40,316 nucleotides of DNA from Legionellaceae bacterium. GTDB taxonomy: Bacteria > Pseudomonadota > Gammaproteobacteria > Legionellales > Legionellaceae. Under the pieces are notes generated by a model. The model was not told the origin of the DNA. It ran no database searches and saw only the letters and a program-made list of their open reading frames with translations. A program made the position numbers and the translations under genes. Position 1 is the first letter of the stretch, and every line of letters starts with the position of its first letter. Positions 18,055 to 26,171 of this stretch are shown piece by piece. Location: NCBI GenBank assembly GCA_030157565.1, contig JAOAUO010000110.1, forward strand, positions 1-40,316. Direction: 5' to 3'.

Positions 18055-18100
18055 TTTGGAGGAAACGACATGCGTGTTTTTGCATGTCGTTTTGTCCAAA
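18055..18100. repeat. Palindromic intergenic element, subtype A, loop GTGTTTTT
   Basis: TTTGGAGGAAACGACATGC-GTGTTTTT-GCATGTCGTTTTGTCCAAA. 19-nt arms with 2 non-Watson-Crick positions. It starts 2 nt after the sufT stop. Confidence 0.9.
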
Positions 18101-18127
18101 GCCCAACAATAAAGTGAATAAATAGAA

Positions 18128-19078
18128 ATGATTCATCACTGGAAACCGTCCGCATCCATGGATGCATTGAGAGCGCGTGCTCGTATTTTGGCGCTCATCC
18201 GTGTTTTTTTTACCACGCGTGATTATTTGGAAGTTGAAACGCCTGTGATGGCACGTTTTGGGATAACCGACGTCTATTTATCCAATATCAAAGCCACGTT
18301 TCGTGGCGATCGTTATTGTTTGCAAACGTCTCCTGAATATCACATGAAGCGTTTATTAGCGGCCGGTAGTGGTGCCATTTTTCAATTGGCTCGCGTCTTT
18401 CGAGACGATGAATTGGGTCGTTGGCATAATCCTGAGTTTACATTGCTGGAGTGGTATCAACTGGATATTGATCACCATGTTTTGATGCAAGAAGTGGATG
18501 CCTTGCTTCAGCATATCCTAGGCTGTGCTCCATTGATAAAAAAAACCTACCAATACGCTTTTTTGGATGCGTGCGGGGTGGATCCCATGCAGGCCAGCCT
18601 GTTTGAGTTAAAAGCCGTGTTACAGCGGTTTGATTTAGGCAATGTGTTGCCTGATTCAGAGCCCGATCGCGATCAATATTTGTTCTTGCTCATGAGTCAT
18701 GTCGTAGAGCCTTCGCTAGAACACGAACTTGCGCCCGTTGCGGTGTATGATTTTCCCGTATCCCAAGCCTCTTTGGCTCAAATTAAAGACGGCGTTGCAG
18801 AGCGTTTTGAAGTGTATTATCGTGGCGTTGAGTTAGCCAATGGTTTCCACGAACTGACCGATGTATCGGCACAACGCATGCGTTTCAATGAGGACAATGA
18901 TATACGCCAAGCAAGAGGGCTACCGCAATGCCCGCCAGATGATTATTTGTTGCAAGCTTTAGCACACGGGCTGCCTGCGTGCAGTGGTGTGGCGTTGGGC
19001 ATTGATCGATTACTGGCGTTGGCATTGGAGAAAGACAGCATTGCACAAACCCTGGCGTTTGATGTGTCCAGGGCTTGA
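18128..19078 (+). CDS. epmA: Elongation factor P-(R)-beta-lysine ligase (truncated LysRS paralogue)
   Basis: 316 aa. YLEVETPV, LQTSPEYHMKRLLAAG, FRDDELGRWHNPEFTLLEWY, and GVALGIDRL are class II aaRS motifs in the EpmA/PoxA arrangement. Confidence 0.9.
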   Translation: MIHHWKPSASMDALRARARILALIRVFFTTRDYLEVETPVMARFGITDVYLSNIKATFRGDRYCLQTSPEYHMKRLLAAGSGAIFQLARVFRDDELGRWHNPEFTLLEWYQLDIDHHVLMQEVDALLQHILGCAPLIKKTYQYAFLDACGVDPMQASLFELKAVLQRFDLGNVLPDSEPDRDQYLFLLMSHVVEPSLEHELAPVAVYDFPVSQASLAQIKDGVAERFEVYYRGVELANGFHELTDVSAQRMRFNEDNDIRQARGLPQCPPDDYLLQALAHGLPACSGVALGIDRLLALALEKDSIAQTLAFDVSRA

Positions 19079-19167
19079 TGGGGTGTTTTTTAAGTGCCTA
19101 GCTATTCGCAATCACGGCTTCAGTGGATATCACAATTAACGCAAGCGATCTTAGCGTCTACCTTACG

Positions 19168-19653
19168 TTAGAAAGGGCTACAAGACAATGTTGGAAGATT
19201 GTTATAACCGCTCTGAACACCCGCACTCAATGTAGACAAGGGTCGTGTGACTGCAGCCAATAATTCCCACGCAGGATCAATGACCGCGTGAACAAGAAAA
19301 TAGCACGCAGCGAAGAGAGCAGCCGCGGCCGCTAAAAGAGGTTGGTCATCAGGACTATTTCTCATGATCGCGTCATAAAGACATACACCTGTATCCCAGA
19401 GGCACAATCCCACCAGTAGCAAATTACCAATGCATGTAGCAATAGGATTGATCACCGTCTGGAAAGCGGCGTCTTGAGCAAATGCCCAGATGCTGGATGT
19501 ATCATAGGCCTTCGAAAGCCCCCACGCATCGACATGCTCTTCATCCGTATAAAAGTACGGACATACTTCAATCCCGATCTCTTCTTCGAAAATGTCTTTT
19601 TTGTCCTTTTGAAGGGCTTTTATCGTATCACTTAAATCACTGAAAAAAGTCAT
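19168..19653 (-). CDS. Hypothetical protein with an acidic N-terminus and two predicted TM helices
   Basis: The ATG at 19653 is preceded by AGGTGG. Hydrophobic segments are IATCIGNLLLVGLCLW and LLAAAAALFAACYFLVHAVI. No family recognised. It lies in an AT-rich islet. Confidence 0.55.
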   Translation of the reverse strand: MTFFSDLSDTIKALQKDKKDIFEEEIGIEVCPYFYTDEEHVDAWGLSKAYDTSSIWAFAQDAAFQTVINPIATCIGNLLLVGLCLWDTGVCLYDAIMRNSPDDQPLLAAAAALFAACYFLVHAVIDPAWELLAAVTRPLSTLSAGVQSGYNNLPTLSCSPF

Positions 19654-19908
19654 TAACGCCACCTATTAGTCGAATTAAAACAAGTTCATTATCCCATTAA
19701 TTAATCGACATGTCAATTATTTGTTCATAATATTTGATCGACATATTTTGTCGCTTTAAATCCTGCTGAGTATAGAATGAGTTGAAGCCTTTAGGGTAAC
19801 ACCTGACTTGATTTATATTTGACCATATTGGCGAGTCGGAACCTGATGTTTGCATGCATTAAATTCAATGTGTTAGAATTATTCCACGCAGTTCAAACGT
19901 AGAGAAAA

Positions 19909-20451
19909 ATGCGCAAATTATTCATCAATAAAATAACGCAAGCCGTCTTGTCGCTTGATATAGATGAAATTCAGAGTGTATACCTTGATCTATTGAGTGA
20001 TCTTGAAACACTTCAAAAATACTTAAGCGTGAAAGAAATAGGCGATATTTATTTTAACGCTTCACTCAATCATTTTGACATGGCTCATCGATCTTATGAA
20101 CAAGGGGATTATCCAGCGGTGCTGAAGACGATACGGCATGCAAAGTCTGATCTTAAGAATGCAACTATTCGTTACACGGCTTCAGACGACAAACGTGCAT
20201 GCGATGATATGATGAAAAAATATGATCAAATGCAAACGAATTGCCGTGCAGAATTATTACTTTCCGATCAGATATTAGCTCCAGACGAAAATGCGCATAA
20301 AAAAATACGATTAAGTGCCGAGCATGACCAAATTATCGAGAAAAAATTCAAGAAACCCAAGTGCTCGGATAACCGATTTTTTCCTGAACCGAAAAGGTTA
20401 ATGCCTTCTTTTTTCCCGGAAAATTTTAATCCAAGGCGCCTTAACGGATAA
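19909..20451 (+). CDS. Hypothetical soluble, Lys-rich protein
   Basis: 180-aa ORF in an AT-rich region, divergent from the previous gene. No recognisable motifs. Weak SD. Confidence 0.5.
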   Translation: MRKLFINKITQAVLSLDIDEIQSVYLDLLSDLETLQKYLSVKEIGDIYFNASLNHFDMAHRSYEQGDYPAVLKTIRHAKSDLKNATIRYTASDDKRACDDMMKKYDQMQTNCRAELLLSDQILAPDENAHKKIRLSAEHDQIIEKKFKKPKCSDNRFFPEPKRLMPSFFPENFNPRRLNG

Positions 20452-20731
20452 AATTGATAGTAGCAATGCCTTGTATAAATGAATATCATGGTGGTGTTAG
20501 CCTCGGTCATCATGGGCGGGTCTTTGGGCGCAGTCGTTCAAAAATTGAGTGACAGCATGCCCTTTATTTTGACCATTGCAGCAAATAATTCCAGAATGGT
20601 AGGAAGCATCTCGAGACGCGCTGATTTTGTTGTTAGAAAAATCAATTCCAATGTCATGAAGCTGTTTGATTGTCGCTTGTAGAATGGTGGGGCTGCGCGT
20701 CGTTAAGGCAAAGCCACTCCGTTAGAGCCGT

Positions 20732-21349
20732 TTAAACGCCCCAATGTTTAATGACCAATTTAATCAACACGCCATGCCCCTGTAAGCGAATTTTACTGGG
20801 TAGATTCATGCCGTTGACCGATGTATAAGCGGTGTAATCAATCGAAAATCCGGCTTGATGTAGCGACGTCAATCGGTGTGTCGTATCATACACGGTTGAT
20901 TGAACAGGGCCTGGAGCCGGTATGCCTCTGACCCAATAATACAGGTCCTTGACGGGCAGACGAACCCCTGTTTTTTTCTGTAATAAATCATCTGGGTGGG
21001 TTGATGTGGCGGTTTGTGGCCCATCGCGATACGTGACGACGGAGCCGTTTTGTTCAATGATGACTGTGCCACCACCCAATGGCCCGAATAAACGGATTTG
21101 ATATTGGTTGGCCGTTTGTTGATGCCAATTTAGAGATGCAGTCCATGCTTTTTTGGGGCTTCTGGCCGCAATCGCACCGGAAATATCCCATGTCGATAAT
21201 GTGGACGCACTCATAACGGGCTCAATTTTAGTCGGATTGCTTGGACGAGACGGTTCGTTCGGTGACTCGTTCAATCCCGTGTGCAACGGTGCGGCACAAG
21301 CGGTTATTAGGCAGGCAGAAGCCAGGCACATCCGTTTGATAATGGTCAT
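20732..21349 (-). CDS. lolB: Outer-membrane lipoprotein receptor LolB
   Basis: Lipobox LITAC. WDISGAIAARSPKKAWTASLNWHQQ...YQIRLFGPLGGG is typical of LolB. AAGGAA SD. Confidence 0.85.
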   Translation of the reverse strand: MTIIKRMCLASACLITACAAPLHTGLNESPNEPSRPSNPTKIEPVMSASTLSTWDISGAIAARSPKKAWTASLNWHQQTANQYQIRLFGPLGGGTVIIEQNGSVVTYRDGPQTATSTHPDDLLQKKTGVRLPVKDLYYWVRGIPAPGPVQSTVYDTTHRLTSLHQAGFSIDYTAYTSVNGMNLPSKIRLQGHGVLIKLVIKHWGV

Positions 21350-21391
21350 GATTCCTTCGCGTCAATGGTTTTTCACTTTACAATACGCTAG

Positions 21392-21910
<519 letters not shown>

Positions 21911-21939
21911 ATGGTTTTAAAAATATAACTGGATAGGAT

Positions 21940-22361
21940 ATGGCAACACATTCAAAACTGGATTTGTCTGTGCTTCATCAAGCATTAAAGAGCTTGCGTG
22001 TAGCCGTTGATGAAGGGATCCGAGATTCGAGTAACTTGTTTGTTCGAGATGCGATGATTCAGCGCTTTGAGTATACCTACGAGCTGGCCCATAAAATGCT
22101 TAAACGGTATTTAGAGTTCACAGAACCCACGAGTGAAGCGGTTGATCACATGTCATTTCCTGAGTTGATACGAACGGCGTCCGAGCGTGGCTTGTTATTG
22201 CATGGATGGGATCATTGGAAACAGTATCGAGACGCGCGAAATATCACGATCCAGACGTACAATGAAAAAAAAGCCGTGCATGTTTGTTTGATGATTCCTT
22301 TTTTTTGGAAGAAGGCCTGCATCTGGTCGCGGAACTTGAATCGCATGTTGCTTTGTTGTGA
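21940..22361 (+). pseudogene. HEPN-domain protein (HI0074-type nucleotidyltransferase substrate-binding protein), frameshifted
   Basis: Family-typical sequence runs up to ...YRDARNITIQTYNEKKAVHVCLMIPFF. After the T8 run (22299-22306), the family-like tail LEEGLHLVAELESHVALL-stop (stop 22359-22361) continues in the +1 frame. The expected Rx4-6H histidine reads Q. Confidence 0.7.
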
Positions 22362-22375
22362 ATGCCACTATTCAA

Positions 22376-22681
22376 ATGGATAATAAGCAGTATCAGATCG
22401 TCTGCTCTATTTTAAAAAAACAGTTGCCTTCGTCAGCCGTTGTATAGATATTTGGCTCTCGGGCCAATCAGATGCCTAAGCCTTTTTCAGATCTCGATCT
22501 TGCAATCGATATGGGAACAGACATATCTTCTTCCATGCTGATTGATTTAAAGCATGACTTTGACGAGTCTGCGCTGCCATACAAAGTGGATGTATTGGAT
22601 TGGCATGGCATAGTTGCCTCGTTTCAACGCATTGTTTTATCTACGGCCATTCCGTTTGAATTTCTAGGGGGAAGGGTGTAA
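22376..22681 (+). pseudogene. MNT-type minimal nucleotidyltransferase (HI0073-like) with an in-frame TAG
   Basis: MDNKQYQIVCSILKKQLPSSAVV-TAG(22445-22447)-IFGSRANQMPKPFSDLDLAI...LPYKVDVLDW. The stop falls just before the conserved FGSRA..SDLDL motif, where a Trp (TGG) is common. Confidence 0.7.
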
Positions 22682-22712
22682 GGGCCGGGCCCTTGACGCG
22701 GTTGGAAAAGCC

Positions 22713-22729
22713 TTTAAGGCCCCTCGACC
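22713..22729. repeat. Right copy of the 17-bp direct repeat bracketing the HEPN-MNT cassette
   Basis: TTTAAGGCCCCTCGACC. It contains the plsC stop codon and its last codons on the minus strand. Confidence 0.85.
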
Positions 22730-23490
22730 AATTGTTTCATGGCTTGATAAACCTGCTCAATCAATGCTTCTTTGTTGTCCAATGAAAAGGCGGACGCGTC
22801 GATGGGTTTTCCTATGTGGACCTCTGCCTTTTGGTTTAAGTATAATTGATGCGTACGTGCGGGTAAAATATCATTCGCTCCCCGAATGCCGATCGGAATG
22901 ATCATGGCTTTGGCCTGAATGGCTGTAATAAACGCGCCTTTCTTAAAAGGGGCGAGATGGCCATCTTTTGACCGTGTTCCTTCGGGTGCAATCCACATCA
23001 CTATGCCGCTTTCCAAGAGTTTCTGAACAAAGGCTAAATCTTGAATGGCTTGGTGTCTGTTTTTACGATCTATAAATGGGAATTCTGAAGCCACCATGGC
23101 CCGGCCCATCAAGGGTATGCGCGACATTTCCTTTTTTGCGAGCATGCGCAGCGAGTTACTGGGAAATGCCGCTAAGCTGAGTGGAATATCATACAAGCTA
23201 GCGTGATTGCACATCACGATGGTGGGTTGACCGGTTTGCGTTTTGACGTGATGTGGATTAAAGACCTGGACTTGGATATTCGCCAGCTTCAGTACGCGTT
23301 TGACCCAGCGTTGGAGCGTATCATCCACCCATTTCCGATTACTGATTCCAAATAAGCCCATGGTAATGGAACGAATGCAGGTATTGCCGGTATAGAGTAG
23401 CGACATGACGGACACCCAGAGGGCGCGCAATGGGCTGGCTTTCACAAGGGCGTTTTTTTTTGAAGGCTTATCGATTTTTTTCATGGTCAA
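22714..23490 (-). CDS. plsC: 1-acyl-sn-glycerol-3-phosphate acyltransferase
   Basis: The HX4D motif NHASLYD, the PEGTRS motif, and an N-terminal hydrophobic anchor. Confidence 0.9.
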   Translation of the reverse strand: MTMKKIDKPSKKNALVKASPLRALWVSVMSLLYTGNTCIRSITMGLFGISNRKWVDDTLQRWVKRVLKLANIQVQVFNPHHVKTQTGQPTIVMCNHASLYDIPLSLAAFPSNSLRMLAKKEMSRIPLMGRAMVASEFPFIDRKNRHQAIQDLAFVQKLLESGIVMWIAPEGTRSKDGHLAPFKKGAFITAIQAKAMIIPIGIRGANDILPARTHQLYLNQKAEVHIGKPIDASAFSLDNKEALIEQVYQAMKQLVEGP

Positions 23491-23713
23491 TCACGCGTCC
23501 TTGTTCATGGTTTGAAGGGGTGTTTTTTGAAAAAAGATGGCGGCGAATCAGTGCTATCATCCAAAGAATCATGCCGATGAGTATCCCCCATAGCAACACA
23601 TAAGAGAAGAGAATGAAAATCCCAATGGTGCAGGCAATGGCTACGCCTAATAGCAGGCAGGGGCCAATGCTCTGAAGAAATCCTGTGAATAGGCGTGAGA
23701 AGGGTTGGTTCAT
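23468..23713 (-). CDS. Small integral membrane protein (2 TM), function unknown
   Basis: 81 aa with two long hydrophobic helices. Its 3' end overlaps the plsC start by 23 nt, which suggests co-transcription. Confidence 0.5.
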   Translation of the reverse strand: MNQPFSRLFTGFLQSIGPCLLLGVAIACTIGIFILFSYVLLWGILIGMILWMIALIRRHLFSKNTPSNHEQGRVIDHEKNR

Positions 23714-23953
23714 GGCGTAAAGTCCCGTTGATTCGAAATGGTTTCGAGCCCGAATGATTCAACAAATTATCCATTACATTTTCTATTGGCGCAAGACTAA
23801 TGCGACAAAATGTGGTAAGATAGGGTTCTTGTTGTACAATTCATGCGTGAATGTGTTTTAATAAGGGCAATACGAGGTGCCTGAGGCCAAGGATCTGATT
23901 GATTTCTTGTACCGATTTGGCTATTGTGTTGTTTGTCTGGGTTCATCATCAAT

Positions 23954-25156
23954 ATGGGGTATGCCATGATTTTTGGTCTTTTGAATTTATCTTTTTGGGG
24001 GTACGTGATTGCAACGGTTGTGCTGACGCAAATCACGATTGCATCGGTCACGATTTATTTGCATCGTCATCAGACGCACCGTGCGTTAACACTGCACCCT
24101 ATTATCAGTCATTTTTTTCGTTTTTGGCTCTGGATGACCACGGGCATGGTGACTGCAGAATGGGTCGCTATTCATCGCAAGCATCATGCCACCACGGACG
24201 TTGAAGGTGACCCACATAGTCCTGTTGTGCTCGGCATCAAGAAAGTGTTAAGCGAAGGCAAAGAGTTATATAGCGCTGCGGCTAAAGACCGGGAGATGGT
24301 TTCAAAATATGCGCACGGCACGCCCGATGATTGGATGGAGCGCCATGTGTATTCACGCCATTCAGGCTTAGGGATTCGCGCAATGCTGCTGATAAATATT
24401 CTCTTGTTTGGCATTCCGGGCATTTCAATCTGGGCCATTCAAATGATGTGGATCCCTGTTTGGGCCGCTGGCGTGGTCAATGGCGTGGGTCATTATTTTG
24501 GATACCGTAATTTTGAGTGCCACGATGCGTCCACTAATATTATCCCATGGGGGTTTTGGATTGGTGGAGAAGAGCTGCATAACAATCATCATACGTTTGC
24601 CTCTTCTGCGAAATTCTCAGTCAAATGGTGGGAGTTCGATATCGGCTGGATGTATATTCAATGCTTGTCTTTTCTTGGTTTAGCTAAAGTGAAGAAATTG
24701 CCTCCGCAATTGGCGCGTCAAGAGGGCAAACGGCACGTGGATGTGGAAACGGTCAAAGCGGTGATCGGCAATCGTTTTCAAGTGATGTCTCATTACTACA
24801 AGCGAGTGGTATGTCCCATCTTGCAAAATGTAAAACGCAGTGGCATTGAGAACAAGGATGACAAACGACTCTTTCAGCGCGCAGGCATCTTGTTGAAACG
24901 TCAAGATATTTTATTGTCACCCGGTGCTAGCTCTCATTTGAAGGCCTTGCTAGAACGATATGAGCAACTGCGAATCGTATATAGCTATCGCCAATCGCTT
25001 CAAAATGTTTGGTTGAAAACAGCGACGTCACAAAAAGAGCTTATTGAAGCGTTGCAACAATGGTGTAAACAGGCTGAGGAATCAGGCCTTGAAGTGTTGC
25101 ATCAGTTTGCACAACAATTAAAAGGTTATGTGCCCAAAGGTTACGTGCCGAATTGA
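23954..25156 (+). CDS. Membrane fatty-acid (acyl-lipid/acyl-CoA delta-9 type) desaturase, DesA-like
   Basis: Three histidine boxes: HRHQTHR, HRKHH, HNNHH. N-terminal TM helices. The start is the ATG at 23954 or at 23966. The track start at 23924 adds an unlikely extension. Confidence 0.85.
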   Translation: MGYAMIFGLLNLSFWGYVIATVVLTQITIASVTIYLHRHQTHRALTLHPIISHFFRFWLWMTTGMVTAEWVAIHRKHHATTDVEGDPHSPVVLGIKKVLSEGKELYSAAAKDREMVSKYAHGTPDDWMERHVYSRHSGLGIRAMLLINILLFGIPGISIWAIQMMWIPVWAAGVVNGVGHYFGYRNFECHDASTNIIPWGFWIGGEELHNNHHTFASSAKFSVKWWEFDIGWMYIQCLSFLGLAKVKKLPPQLARQEGKRHVDVETVKAVIGNRFQVMSHYYKRVVCPILQNVKRSGIENKDDKRLFQRAGILLKRQDILLSPGASSHLKALLERYEQLRIVYSYRQSLQNVWLKTATSQKELIEALQQWCKQAEESGLEVLHQFAQQLKGYVPKGYVPN

Positions 25157-25217
25157 AGCGTGCGCAAGCGACATGAAAAAAATGACCTGAGTCATCGTTT
25201 CCCCTCTTGATTTCTCT

Positions 25218-25243
25218 GTCGTTCCCGCCTTCGCGGGGACGAC
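25218..25243. repeat. GC-rich hairpin GTCGTTCCCGC-CTTC-GCGGGGACGAC downstream of the desaturase (REP-like, or a terminator without a T-tract)
   Basis: 11-bp stem with one G-T wobble and a 4-nt loop, 62 nt after the stop. No following T run. Confidence 0.5.
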
Positions 25244-25403
25244 AAGATTGCCTAAAAAATGAATTTATTCCGGACTTAATCCTTACATTCGCGAAGAATC
25301 AGAACCCCTTTGTTCGATACGTTGACCACTCTAACGATTTTTTTCTAGCATTTTTCCTTGCAATACAGTTTAATTAAGAATGTGTGGCGCTGAGTGGGAG
25401 TAA

Positions 25404-26144
25404 ATGATGCAGGCAAATTGGAGTTTGGTTCTTAATATTTTGTTGTTGGTTGGAGTCGTTGTGGCGATTGGTCGCATGATGAAGGAGCGACGAAAAAATA
25501 CATATGTCCCCCCCACCACACCATCGATGGGAGCGGTTGAACCGAATCAGAAATCGTATGATGACATCATTGCCGTGCGTAAAGTCAATACGGAAACGCC
25601 TGCTATCTTGTCGGCGATATCGCCAGCGAAAGAGCAACCCATCACACGCCCGGTTCTTTCAGCAACAAACCGGCCTGAAGAGCCCGTCAAGCCCATCTTG
25701 GGTACAGAGAGTGCCTCGCCCGTCATGTTTGTGCTATTGGCAAAGGAAAACCGTCAATTGGCGGGTTATGAATTGCTTCAGACATTGCTTTCTGCAGGAT
25801 TACGATTCGGTGAAGGACAACTGTTCCATCGTCATCATTACCCGAATGGTCAAGGGCCTGTCTTGTGTAGCCTAGCGGCAGCCACACCCAGCGGTGTGTT
25901 CGATTTGCAAAACATGGGCGCATTTAGCGTACGAGGGCTTTGCTTGTTTATGCAACCCTCTGGTAATCCAACGATTGATGCCGAGCGTTTTGAAATCATG
26001 TTGGATACAGCAAAGCAACTCAGTGAGGGGCTGGATACGCATTTATTAGATGATAAACGCCGACCTTTTTCGGATGCTTGTTTGCAACGCTATTATCGGT
26101 TGTTAAACATTGAAGATGTGTCTGAGGAACTGGCTACGGCTTAA
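25404..26144 (+). CDS. zipA: Cell division protein ZipA
   Basis: N-terminal TM anchor followed by a basic patch, a Pro/Ser/Thr-rich linker, and a C-terminal FtsZ-binding domain (LAGYELLQTLLSAGLRFGEGQLFHRH). Confidence 0.85.
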   Translation: MMQANWSLVLNILLLVGVVVAIGRMMKERRKNTYVPPTTPSMGAVEPNQKSYDDIIAVRKVNTETPAILSAISPAKEQPITRPVLSATNRPEEPVKPILGTESASPVMFVLLAKENRQLAGYELLQTLLSAGLRFGEGQLFHRHHYPNGQGPVLCSLAAATPSGVFDLQNMGAFSVRGLCLFMQPSGNPTIDAERFEIMLDTAKQLSEGLDTHLLDDKRRPFSDACLQRYYRLLNIEDVSEELATA

Positions 26145-26171
26145 TCTAGAATGTATTGGAGCAGATCCGCT

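Noticed and set aside
19663-19908. Possible PmrA-type tandem TTAAT boxes (TTAAATTCAATGTGTTAGAATT), as found upstream of Dot/Icm effector genes
   Set aside because: The half-sites are degenerate and are spaced 14 nt apart rather than about 11 nt. In an AT-rich spacer, such matches are expected by chance.
20452-20731. A 67-aa plus-strand ORF (20479-20682) and, on the minus strand, an open frame reading LQATIKQLHDIGIDFSNNKISASRDASYHSGII, which faintly recalls an HD-domain LHDIG motif
   Set aside because: The minus-strand frame has no start codon and is only about 60 codons long. The plus-strand ORF has no RBS or recognisable features. The evidence is insufficient to call either a gene or a specific pseudogene, so the region is left unannotated.
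23714-23800. A tRNA-like T-loop word (GGTTTCGAGCCC) and a small hairpin (CGAAATGGTTTCG) in the spacer upstream of the small membrane protein gene
   Set aside because: No acceptor stem, anticodon arm or D-arm can be built around it. It is an isolated motif in a divergent promoter region.
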